64,000 bases of DNA. Source: Lingula anatina. Its lineage: Eukaryota > Animalia > Brachiopoda. The stretch is from NCBI GenBank assembly GCA_051362555.1, contig CM120646.1, positions 7,502,001-7,566,000 of the forward strand. The letters run 5' to 3'. Positions 11,801 to 24,900 of the stretch are shown here, piece by piece; position 1 is the first letter of the stretch, and the number at the start of each line of letters is the position of its first letter. A program made the position numbers and the translations under genes. The notes under the pieces are model-generated. The model did not search any database, was not told where the DNA came from, and worked only from the letters and a program-made list of their open reading frames with translations.

Positions 11801-14800
11801 ATATGCGGCAGAAACCTGGTAGATATACACAGATCAAATCAAATATTAAAATATGCTCAGTAAATTGTAGGGGCCTTGGGGACCGAAATAAGCGGTTAGA
11901 TGTGTTCAATTTCTTGCGGAAGAAATCCTTTTCCATCTACTGTTTACAAGATACTCATAGTACATTATCTATGGAAAAATATATAGCAGCTGAATGGGGT
12001 TTAAAATGCTTTTTCAGTCATGGAACCTCTAATTCAAGAGGAGTTGCAATATTGGTTAACAATAATTTTGAATATAAAATTAAGGAGGTTCAGAAAGACA
12101 CTAACGGAAACTTTATTGCTCTTAGTATGATAGTAGATGAAAAAGACATTTCACTCATAAATCTGTATGGTCCCAATAATGATTCACCTGAATTTTTCTT
12201 AAAAATACACGAGACAATAATGAATTTTGGAAATCAGGATCATATTATCTGTGGGGACTTTAACTTAGTATTAAACCAAGAGAAGGACACATATAACTAT
12301 AAACATAAAAATAACCCCAAGGCCTCTAATCAACTTTATACCTTGATGGAATTACATAACTGGCACGACATATGGAGGGAAATGCATGAGGATGTTAGAC
12401 AGTATACATGGCGGCAGCCTACGCCTTTTAAACAGGCAAGGTTAGATTATTTTATTGTTTCCACAACCATTACAAATTATATCGAAGATAGTCGGATTAT
12501 TCCAGGTTATAAGAGCGACCACTCCATTATAACTCTGGACTTACAGTTAAAAAGGAAAATTAAACACGGAAAAGGTTTTTGGAAATTCAATAACTCCCAC
12601 TTATATGAAAGTGAGTATGCCGATATGGTAAAGCAGATAATCAATGAAACTATCTTAGAGTATGCAGCAGCGCCCTATAATAGAGATAACATACTGAATA
12701 TTGACAGACATTCTTTACAGTTAACTATAAGCGATGGGCTATTTCTTGAAACTCTCTTAATGAAAATTAGGGGGAAAACGATTGCTTTTGGTGCTAGGAT
12801 AAAAAAGAAAAGAGAGTCAGAGGAAAAACAAGTGGAAAATACTATAAACGACCTAGAGAATGATCTTAAAAATGAGGCCGAATTAGACAAAAAAGAAGAA
12901 ATTCTTGAAATGATAAATAAGGAAAAGATGAAACTGGAAAATATAAGAAAAATAAAAGTAAAAGGCATAATGATAAGATCAAAAGAAAGATGGATAGAAT
13001 ACGGAGAAAAACCATCAAAATACTTTTTAGCACTGGAAAATCGCAATTTTACAAATAAGTCAATAACTAAACTGGTAACAGATAACGGAAATATTCTTAC
13101 TGAACAAAATGAGATTCTCAAAGAAACCGCACGCTTTTACGAAAATTTATTTAAGAAACAAAATCACAAATCAGTAGACATAAAAACTCGATTGGAAAAT
13201 ATTGAAACTCCAAAATTGACCGAAGCCGAAGCATCCTCGCTCGAAGGAAAGATAAACTACGCTGAACTCTATACAGTATTAAGACAAACGAAAAATGAAA
13301 AGAGCCCAGGTACCGACGGGTTTACTTACGAATTTTTCAAATTCTTTTGGAAAGAACTGAATAGTTTTTTAATAAGATGTATAAACGAGGCATACGAAAA
13401 AGACAAACTACCTATAACTCTTACCCGGGGTATAATCGTCCTTCTACCTAAACATAATAAGCCTACCAACTCGTTAAAAAACCTAAGACCGATATCACTA
13501 CTTAATGTTGTGTATAAACTTGCCTCGGCATGTATAACGAATCGAATAAAGAAAGTATTACCAATATTAATAAATGAAGACCAAAATGGGTTTATGGCGG
13601 GCAGATACATAGGTGAGAATACACGGACCATTTTCGACTTAATTGAATACTGTGACACACATGAAATACCAGGTCTGTTGATGCAAATCGATTTTGCTAA
13701 GGCTTTCGATTCAATCGACTGGGGTTTTATCGAAAAAACCTTTGAATTCTTTGGCTTTGGAGAATCTATCATAAAATGGATAAAACTCTTCCTTAAAGAC
13801 TCCTCTTCGTGTGTCTTGGTTAATGGTTTTGCCTCTTCTTTCTTCAATCTTTCTCGGGGTTGCCGTCAGGGGGATCCCATCTCCCCTTACCTTTTCATTC
13901 TTTGTGCTGAGATACTAAGTATCATGTTAAAAAATGAAATAGACATAAAAGGCATTACAATACATAATCAAACTTTTCTCATCTTCCAGTATGCTGATGA
14001 CACAACTATTGTGTTGGATGGGACTGAAAAAAGTTTAAGAAATACCCTAAAGGTTCTAAATGAATTCTCCCAATTTTCTGGACTACAAATGAACAATCAA
14101 AAAACTAAATTAAACTGGTTCGGAAGCAAGAAAGACTCACAAGAGAGCATGTGTAAAGAGTTGGATCTCGATTGGAATGAACGTTTTTTCAGAATCCTTA
14201 GAATAGATTTCTCAGTAAATTTACATGAAATGATTGAGAAAAATTATAGAGAGAAACTCGAAGATATGGAAAGAACTATGAAAAAATGGACTCACCGATC
14301 GCTAACAGTTTTGGGGAGAAATGTAATTTTTAAATCACTGATCCTTCCAAAAATGACTCATTTATTTTCCACATTGCCAATACCAAACAAATATGTAGAC
14401 AAAATACAAAAAATGTGCTTTAATTTCATATGGAATGGAAATATTGAAAGAGTAAAACGAAATATAATGACACAGTCGTACTCAAATGGAGGTATAAAAG
14501 TCCCCGATATTAGAAACTATATTGATTCCCTAAAAATTTCATGGCTCAGGAGAATCATGCACAAAAATTCAAAATGGTCTTTCTTTTTCCTTAGTCTGAT
14601 CCCTGAAAGTAAGGGTGTACACTGGTCTGAAATGGGAATATCTGAAATGCAAAAAATTAAGAACGGATCAAAAAATGCTTTTTGGAATCAAGTCATTGAT
14701 GCATGGTGCAGACTGTTAAAGAATAAAAAGATTGATACAAAAGAACATTTTTTAAAAGAATGTTTATGGCTAAACGATAAAATACGGATAAAAAACAATC

Positions 14801-15962
14801 CTATTCTTATAAGAACCTGTAATAAAATAGGTATAAGAAACATAAATGACTTGATCGATACAGAGGGAAATTACCTCACATACCAACAGTTCAAGGAAAG
14901 GCACGGGAATATAATAAATTATGTTACGTTCACAAGTATACTATGCGCAGTAAAAAAATTTCAAAAACAAATGAATATAGACAATTTACACGAAAAAATT
15001 GAGCTCCCTATAATTTCAACCCAACTTAAATGGCTATTAAAATTTACAAAAGGGGGGAAACCTTTTTACAATATTTTGAACTCAAACGAAATGAAAAAGA
15101 CTAATGCAATGTCAAAATGGGAACTCCTTTCTAAAGAACCTCTCACAGCTGAAGAGTGGAAAATCTTGAATAACATTCCTTTCCAATGTACTTTAGATAC
15201 TAAACTGCGCTGGTTTCAATTTAGAGTATCAAAAAGAATTTTAGCTACAAATAATTTTTTACGAAAAATTGGGATAAAAGACACAGAGACCTGCTCCTTC
15301 TGTAACGAACACCCTGAAACTCTTCAACACTTATTTATTGAGTGCAAAGTAATTGCTCCCCTTTGGGCAAAAATACAAGACTGGATCCATTTAAAGACTG
15401 GACTTGTATTACAATTAACAGCATCTGATATAATTCTAGGAATTCCAAATTTGAAATGCAATGCGCTCAACAGTTTGCTGATCATAACAAAATTTATTAT
15501 ATATAAATTTAAAATGAAAAACATTACCCCGAACATAGAAAATATTAAAATAGAATGGAGACAGGCCTACATCGCAGAGAGAAATATAAGTCTGAGAAAC
15601 ATGACAATAGATAAATTTAATGAAAAATGGAAAAAGCTGCAGCCTCTCTTCCTGGACTGATATCTTCTATCTGCGTATGTTCCCCTGCCGATATTTGATA
15701 GTAAAACACATATTTGTTTTTATCTGTATTAGATCATATTATTTATTAAGTATTATTAAGTATTTTACTATTAGGTTATCAATATATCGTTGTTGACATA
15801 TATATTAAATGACACAGTAACTATATATATATATGTATATATTGCAAATGACTGTCTCTTTGTGAGTGAGTGAGTGAGTGAGAGAGTGAGGGTGATTTTT
15901 ATTTAGTTATTTATAAATTTTGTATTTTTTGCTGAAATCTGTACTTATTTGAGATATGCAAT

Positions 15963-15993
<31 letters not shown>

Positions 15994-18900
15994 CTGAATA
16001 TCCATGATATTTTTATTTTATTATTAAAAATTGATGGTCATTATGCTGTTATGCATTATGTAATATTGCATCAAAATTTAAGACAACCCCATTTTAGACA
16101 ATGCCTCCATAGTGACCATTAAAGGAAAACCAAGTCACTTACTCTTCTCAAACTTATAGAAATGTAGTATAGCACTAAATTATAGCTTCAGTTGGAAAAG
16201 CTGTTATATCGGTTAACTTTCTTGGAAATTATATAGTTTTTTGTTACAATTAAAATTTTCACATATTAACATTTTCAAGGTGTGACTTAGTCTTTGAACT
16301 TCCATTGGCTTGAATACCATTGCTAGTCACATCTTTTGAATAGCAATGATACATTTACTTTATTATTAAAAATTGATGGCCATTGTGCTGTTAAGCATTA
16401 TGTTAAATTGCATAAAAGATGAAAAAAACCCTTTTTTGGACATCGCTGCTAGGATGACCATTAAGGAAAAACCATTTTACTTATGATATTCTAACTTACT
16501 GAAAAGTTTCATAGGACTGAAGTGTAGCTTGTGTTGGAAATCAGTGTGATTGTTTTCTGTATTGTAAGCAATGCAGCTGTATGGAGTGCTATATGGGGCT
16601 ACTGTTTATGGATGGTGGTAATTGTCCCTTGGGATAATCAGTAGCTAAATTCAGAGCTATAAAATTACTTGCCTAATTGATTTTCAAGTGCCCATTAAAT
16701 AAGATTACATAAAACACACGTTGAGATTTCCCATTCAAGTCCTATAGGTTAAGCTCTCTTAACTGTGTCACATAATTAGGAATTGGTGATAATTATGCAG
16801 GTAAATCTTGTTTAATATTGCAAATAAGTTTACAAAAGAAAAAAAAAATTGTAATGCCAACATTAATGCTACAGATGAATAACAGTGCCTTATTATCCTC
16901 AAACACATTGGGGTTATTCATATCATGTTAATACAGCAAGATTAAAAGTTTGAATAGCAGCTTTATTGGAATTTTTTTTTTTTTTTTTTGTGTGTTTTCT
17001 TTTTAATTTTTTTCTAAACACTGGCATTTTCAACTTCCATCCACCTGAAGCTCTTCAGATTTTCTGTATTTCCACATAAGCAGTTGCATAGGTTTTTATG
17101 TCTTTAAACATTATGTAATATTATTTTATGCACTGTCAACATTTTTCAAATATTGGGATTTTCATTATGTGAATTTGAACTCTCATAGTCCAGAAACTGT
17201 TATCTTATTGCAGGGGTGGATTGAGGCCGCCTTCTGGGTCTTTCAGATGACGGTCAGATTTTAAAGTTTACATTGACTGGTATCAATTTTTTTCTGTTGG
17301 AAGACCATCAAAAGTGTAGGATGGATCAACAAAGATACTTTGGAATACTGTCAGAAAATATCTCTGGATCTGCTCCTGTTATTGACCATGTTATCTGTTG
17401 TGCATGATTAAAAATCAGTGTTAACTGACTGTGTTATTATAAGCATTATTTATTATTGCATCAAAATTGACAAAATGACCTATTTTGCATCTTTATTTTC
17501 TGTTTTTTTGTCTGTACATTTGACAGCTTTGCTGCCTTGTTTGCCCGGATAATGTCCGCTCTGGGTAAAATTTGATTTACATACATGAAGGTTACATATT
17601 AAAGGTCTCCTTTTTCAGAATAAGACACCCGATGGCTACTGGCCTGTATGTATTGTGACATTGAGCAACCAGTTTTCTGATGATCTGTTTACTTTCCCCA
17701 GGATATCCAAGAAATCCTGACTGGTCTCACCAGTGGTTCCTGGGCAGAGAGAAAAGAGGCATTGCTCCATTTACAGAATTTACTGCAAGGGATGAGAATG
17801 CTAAAGTAAGTAGAGCAGATAGTGCAGGCATCATCATGGATGTTTCAACTACAAAGATTTGTGGAATTTAGAGGAACAAAGTTTCAGTTATCTTATGAAC
17901 TTGTATTAATATACTATAAGGTAGAATGCTAATTGCCAAAGTGTGAAAAAAAATGCAAATCACAGTATTTGTCAAAATTGTGTCGTTTCTATACTCCTGT
18001 ATTACCCAACCTTATTAAATGAACAATTTTAATTTTTGTTGGCTATTTTTACAGTTTCATATTTTGTGTTTCAGTCGAGTAGAGTTAAAGAAAATGACAG
18101 ACATATTTTCCAGAATGTTCCATGATCCTCATGGAAAAGTAAGTGACCTTTGGCCTTTTATTTTTGACGTGACCTCTGTTTTTGTGACATTTCTTTAGTT
18201 TTCTTAGTTGTATAATTAAGTGTTAAACATGAATGTTAGAGTTTGAGACAAGTGCTACAACATATGGTACAGTAGTGTCCCAGCAACAACAATAGTAAAT
18301 CAAATAATAACAAACTTAATTATGGTAGAATTATGGAGTGTTGAATAGTAGATGTTTTAAAATCAGTATTCAAATATAATTAAAATCTGATATGAAATTA
18401 TTGATATTGCTAGTAAGAGTTACTAGAACTACTTTAAATAATGTACCAAAATCTATAGAATTAATTGACCTTTTAGATTAGATAATTGGTGTTTGTTATA
18501 CTTGTCAATAATACCCTTTTGGTTTAAATTGAATTTTGTTAAATATTTTATAATAAACTTTTATTTGATCTTTTTCAATATTTTAACTCCTCAACCCCAA
18601 CTTTATACCCCCCCCCAAAAAAAAAAAAAAAAAGGGATAAAAAACTAACAAATGATTTACATTCCAGGTATTTAGCTTGTTTCTTGAAGTCTTAGCTGAA
18701 TTTGTGCATGTACATAAAGACATGCTGCATGACTGGCTCTTTGTTCTCATCACGCGACTTCTTCAAAAGCTTGGCGCAGACATGCTTGGATCTGTGTACA
18801 CCAAGGTGCAGCGCGCATTAGACGCCGTAAGGTATGCAGTGTATGTCTTTAAGTGGCAGTTTTCTTGCCATGTGCTAATAGGGAGACTGAGTATTTTTCA

Positions 18901-21900
18901 AGGAAAGGAGAAATATTGAATTTCCCACCAGATAATTGTTATGAAGACATTTCTATGTCCTCAATTTATAGTTTCTTAATGGAATGCCTAATATCTTCTC
19001 AAATGAAGTTCTGAGATATATGTAAAGTTTATTTAAATGAAGCAGTGCGATAACATAAAAACATACTTGTAGGTCAAATCAGCTCACTTCTTCCGTTTAC
19101 ATATCCTTTCAGGGACAATTTCCGTTATGACCAGCAGTTTAATATCATAACAAAATTTATCATAGATCAGACTCAGACACCCAACCTGAAGGTAAGTTGT
19201 TGAAAAGGATATCTTGACTAATACCAAAACTAGCTGACTCTGTATAGCCCATTCTATAACCTGATATGTTGTGTAGCTATAAATGATTTCTACAGCATGC
19301 TGTTTTAATGGCAACAAATTGAAGGAAGCAGAACAACAGCATATAGCCCTGTAGTCTAGCCTCAAATATGTAAAGTGTGCAGCTTTAATAATTATTTTAT
19401 ATAAATGTCTAGGTTAGTTAAAAGCAGATGGTAGGTCCCCATAGTTTGAAGTTTTAACTTTAAATGTTTTATGTTTCATAGATTAATTTTTTTTCTAAAG
19501 CCATATGTGTAAAATATTTTTATTGTATAATGAATTTTGTTTTGAAATACTGCATTTAAAACAAGGAATAACATAAAAATATTTGACATGAATTTTGTAT
19601 AATCTCAGATAGTCATTGCCACTGTAGGATCTTACATAAAATGGTACAATATTGAAATAATGCCATGAAATTGGCACTTTGAAGATACCATAGTATCTTT
19701 GTTTTGATATTTATTGTGACTTTAAATGAGTCATCCTAAGTACACATTGGTGCATTGAAAACATTATAGTCTACATTTAAAGTTCTTTTTTAAAATGAGA
19801 CATATATTCATGACTGTGAAAGCCATACAGTGCATGTTGTCTAACGAGGTCTGTATTTTTTTTCTCTTCCCCCTCCTCTTCAGCTGAAGGTAAAAACAAA
19901 CATGTAATCTCTGACAGCATGCAGCCTATGGGGTGACCTGGGCAGGGGGTCCTTGATGTAGAAGCCATTTTGAAATGAATTTTGTATCTTTTGGGAAATT
20001 TAAGAGACAGATGAAGTTTAGTAATGGCTTTAAAAAATGAATTTCATTTGTCATGCCTGAAAATGGTTTAAATGCTAAGGCACGATGCAAATTTTTATAA
20101 ACATGCATTTTTTTCTTGTACTCCCCCCCCCCCCCCCCTCATATAATTGCTTAATTCAATTTCACATAATAAATATTAATGAGAAAGGTGAAAGGCATCG
20201 ACCTAAGGTATATAATGGAACTGAGTGAAAGTTCAAAATGGCTTCCGTGTCCTGGTCATTCCACTGCATGCCCCCCCTGTATGAACGCTTTGAGCATCTG
20301 TATGTGCTTTGTTAATTGCAACCATATTACAATAATGAAAACAATGCAATTATGGTCAAGCTTTGGTAATTTTTTAATAATACTTTTTTTATGGCATATT
20401 CATTTTGAGTTTGCATATTTGCTGAGTCATGTTGGAATCTGAAGCACAGATGGCACAAGTGTAACAAATGTCCAAGATGAGACATTAGATATTAATAATT
20501 TTTTGTCATATAAAATATGAAATGGACATCTCTTTAATGATCTAAGCTCTGAAAAAATGTAAATGATTGTCGTAAAATCAATTGCATTATGAAGAGATGG
20601 AATTTTTTTTTTATTCTGGAAAATTATGAAAATATTAGTGTGTAAAATTTACATAGTCCTTTTGATAACCATAAAACAAACAACTCCTTTTAGCTTAATA
20701 TCTTTGCTTATTAACTGATTAAAGAAGTGAGTCCTTGTCAATTAAAGGAATTTCCTATTTTATAATGAAGTATCTAAAGAGTTTCAACACTTACCTAGTA
20801 AATATAATTGATAAAAAAAAGACTGTCAGTTACTTACAAAAGTTGTATTAAAACTGATGTAAAAAATTGAAAAATCTGAATTATATAATTGAGAAAAAAT
20901 AAGTGCACATTAAACATTAAAGTTAAACAAAAACAGAACAGTTAAATAGTAGTTTATTCTGCATTAAGTGGCTGATTTTCCATCTTTTAACTGTTTCTTG
21001 GTTTAAGTTTCTTTAAAAAGTATTTTAAATTTTCCTAATCATCAATTTTTTTTTCTGAAAACCAGAACTGCATGTACTCTTTGACAACAAATGTCAGCTT
21101 TTAGTAATTTGCGATCCAACTTCCTTAAAACAATAGACATTTAATTAAAATAACAACATAAGTTTTTCTTTTTACCTAACATTGCTCTTTGGAGTAGATA
21201 TTAATAATTATTAACTTAGTTTTGTACAATTTTTATGTGTATATTTACGCAAGTTATTTAATTCAGCACTGCTGTATGTATTTGTGTAAACTTCGTCAGA
21301 CGTTTGCTTCACTGTGACGTGACTCCTGATGTTTTGAATGTTTTTTGTTATAAACAGAATTTCATATTAACATAGATGATCTCAAATTACAATTATTGGT
21401 GTTATAGTGTTTTTTTAGTGATTGGATATTATACTATGTATAGTAGCAACATTTGTTTTTGTAAATAACCAAGGTGCAAAAGTGCATGTAGTTTGTATTA
21501 ACGACTGATTCAGGCAAATATTAAGTTTTAACTTTCATTTCATTGTAATTCTGTGTGGTAATATACACAGTAGCTTCAACAACAACATATTTCTTGATCC
21601 CCAGACAATTTTTTACGAACTGCATGTTGATGAATAGTGGTCTTTTCTAGATAATCCAGTGCTGAACCCCTTTCTTATATAGATAGTTACTCTGTAACTT
21701 TTTAATGACCCTATACCCATATATGTTTAGCATAATGCCGACTTAATACCATATTTCATGTAATTTTCATCAGGATAACTGTTAATTACTTCTACACATG
21801 TATTATTCAACTCTGTTGGTAAACTGTCAATACCATGATAATTAACATCTTAACAGCTACCGGAATTTTAAGATTCTAATATGTATTACTTATCCATTTA

Positions 21901-24900
21901 ATGCAGTTTGCTATGTGCAACATCTGGTCCTTTAAAATTGGCATTCAATTAAGATATCCCGACTTAAAAATCTTACTTATCAAATTTGCATGAATATTAA
22001 CAGACAGTTCTATCTTGAATTATAACTTTATGAACATGGTGATTTTCATGCTGTATCCCATTTCAAAGACCAATCTGAGAAGTATGAACTGCGTAAGTCT
22101 GGTCCCCCATGTTTCACCACATGTTGTCCCCTACATTTTCCAGGTGAAGACGGGTCTGCTGCAGTACCTGCAGGGGCTGGTGTTGCTGATGGATCCTGCA
22201 GACTTCACCAGCACCAGTGACACCAGGCTGGCGGTGTCCAGGATCATTACCTGGACCACGGAACCAAAGAGTGCTGAAGTCAGGAAGGTGAGGGCTGGGG
22301 AGGACACAATAGTATATGATATGTGTCATGTCATGTATCATATCATTTCACAACATATATGCTGGGTAACAGACCAGAGCATAGCATACTAGCCTTGTGT
22401 CTTGGCATATATCATTTCACATCGTAAAATATGTTATATCATAAAGTTGCCAAATCTTGTAAGAAACATCATGTTCATAATGACACTTGATAGCAAAAGG
22501 AGACTTAAATATTATATAAAGAGAGCCCGTTAATCTCTCAATAAACGAAAATTGGAAGTTGAAAATAGCCGCTTACAGAGCGCAGTGATGTTTTAACCTT
22601 GTATGGGTAGAGAGGGATTTAAGAAAATAAATTTTATACTAAATTAAATAGAAAGCCTGTTATTAGGATTGTAATAAATATTACAATTGGTTGAAGATAT
22701 AATTATGTTTAAGAATAAGGAGGAAGTAACTATTGAAAATATATATATTTTTTAAATGTCCCCTCGTTCCAGGCAGCACAGTCGGTCCTCATTGCGCTGT
22801 TTAGTCTGAATACGCCAGAGTTCTCATCTATGCTCTCAGTATTACCCAAAACATTCCAGGTAAGTTATGTCACTGCTTATGTGAGATATACAGGGTCTGG
22901 GTATTATACTTTGTTATCTGCTGTGGTATAAAACCAAGTAAACCACACATTCCATAAATAAGACAACATTCTTTATAGTCTGTGGGTACTCGGCAAAGTT
23001 TTAATCTCTGTTTTATAGCATATTTTTACCTTGAAAGATATTATCCTTGAGTGGATTTTAATTCATTTCCTCAAATGGACAATGTCTCTTGAAAAATTGC
23101 TCATTGTCAGATATCACTTCATCATATTTTGTAAATTATCAGTTTAATTATTTGTTGATTATTTATAATTTTTTCTCCCCACATAGGATGGTGCCACAAA
23201 GATCCTTCACAACCACCTTAGGAGTGCCAACTCCGAGACAGAAGTCCTGTCCCCAAGAAATGTTGCCAGTCCGCCTGCCAGGTCGTCACCAAAGTATAAA
23301 ACTTCTCCCAGGTCAGTATTGGGTTTTGTTCTTTTCCTTTTTCCAAAATTGTTACAGGGTTATGGCGAGTGTCAGAAAAAGGATGATTAAAGGTTGATAA
23401 GTCCAGGAAAAATGCTGTTTACTCAGGAAAATTTGTTAGAAGTGAGTTTTTGGTAGGAAAATCCTGGCTTGAAGGGCTTTAACATGATAAAATCCACCTT
23501 ATTTTTCCGGTTACTAGAAGTATAGAAAAGTTTACAACATATTTAATCTAGTTTGTTGCATTTCAGAACTACTTATGAAGGAGAAACAGAAAACATGAAC
23601 CCTGAAGATATTTATAACTCAATAAGAAAGACTTCTGCTGACATTCAGAACTTAAGTTATAATAGCAAATTAGACCACCATCCATATGATGACTTTCATA
23701 AAGCACGTGATAGCACATCGCAGGATAGTGGTATTCAGAGTTCGTTGCCTGACGTGCGAGGGGAGAGTCCAGAAGCCAATAAAGGGAAAACACATTATGA
23801 CCCTGCTATATATAAAGAGGAGGTAAGGAGAAAAAGAAAGTGCTAAGTAGAAAAAGATGCCAATTATTTTGTTAATAAAAAAGCATTTTGATGCATTATA
23901 TGGAAATTGAATGTATCTGCAGAATGTATTCAAAATTTTTTTTGTATGGGTGAGTGTTTAATTAATCAACTTTTTAATGTGCTTCTTTTGAGCCCAAATT
24001 GAAACTTATTTTCCTGCACATAATTCATTGCTCTTGTATGTAACTACTTGTATTTTAAATGTACCTATAATGTGGTATGTGTTTGATTTTTTTTTTTTTT
24101 TTTACAAAGAAAAAAATTAGTTCTACATTATAACTAATATAATTATCCTTATTTCCAGAATCAGACTCCTAATCGCTATGACCGTGCAGCATTAGAGGAA
24201 GCTGTGTTTGATGTTGAAAATGAATTATTACACGAAGGTTTCAGTGAAGGTTTGTACAACTCATATCTTGTTTATGCAACTTTTTTTTCTTTTCATTAAA
24301 ATGCATTTTACTTCAGTGAGGGTTTGCATGGTCTGAATTTTGATTGGAAACATCTACATTACTTAGGAAAGTACAGTTTGAAGTGATGTTGAGACTGGTA
24401 AAATTTCACAACAAACACTTAATACTGCTGTGTTTGATTGGGATTGAATAGGACCTGCAGTGATGATGTTCTTCATATAGTTAACATGAAGAAAATTTGT
24501 GTTCAGTATGCATACCTTCACAGTAAATGTATATTTCTTTCTTTCTTTCTTTTAAATTCTTTATTTTTGAGATATTTTTAAAGACATTTTTTAAGAAACA
24601 CACTGGTGTTGTTGACAAATCTGCATTGAATCAAATGCATGTTTGTTGCGTGCGTTCAAAAGAAGTGCATAATTTACACAGCATTTAAATGTCAAAACTC
24701 CTTTTGGATTGTCTTAAACAATGATCTCTCTCTCAAAAGTTGTTTTATTTGATGCATGAAGACTGCAAGAGGATTTTTAGGGAATTTAAGTTCTTTGATA
24801 CCCAAAGGGTTATTTATATTTATTATGTGATTTATTTTCAATTGGACATAAGTTTTTTTTCCAATTTTTTTTTCTCACTCTCATTGTGGGGCTATTAAAA

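Larger units (their letters stand above)
10121..15986 (+). mobile_element. Full-length intact L1/Tx1-clade non-LTR retrotransposon
   Basis: TSD AAATTTTCTGAATATC at 10105-10120 and 15987-16002, two intact ORFs, AATAAA at 15960 running directly into the poly-A tail, and (GTGA)n in the 3' UTR. Confidence 0.95.
8907..17542 (+). mobile_element. Helentron-associated non-autonomous element (HINE/DINE-1-like), interrupted by a LINE and a MITE
   Basis: 5' end: T-run, 14-bp palindrome TATGTACAGACACA-ga-TGTGTCTGTACATA (8912-8941), (GTC)n-type microsatellite (~8955-9002), and ~161-bp core repeats. 3' end: subTIR TGTCTGTACAT (17509-17519), short hairpin CAGC-ttt-GCTG, and T-rich terminus. No TSD. Confidence 0.8.

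Noticed and set aside
10395-13847. Antisense ORFs inside the LINE (255, 148 and 173 aa)
   Set aside because: These are shadows of the A-rich sense ORFs, with low-complexity F/S/L composition and no motifs.
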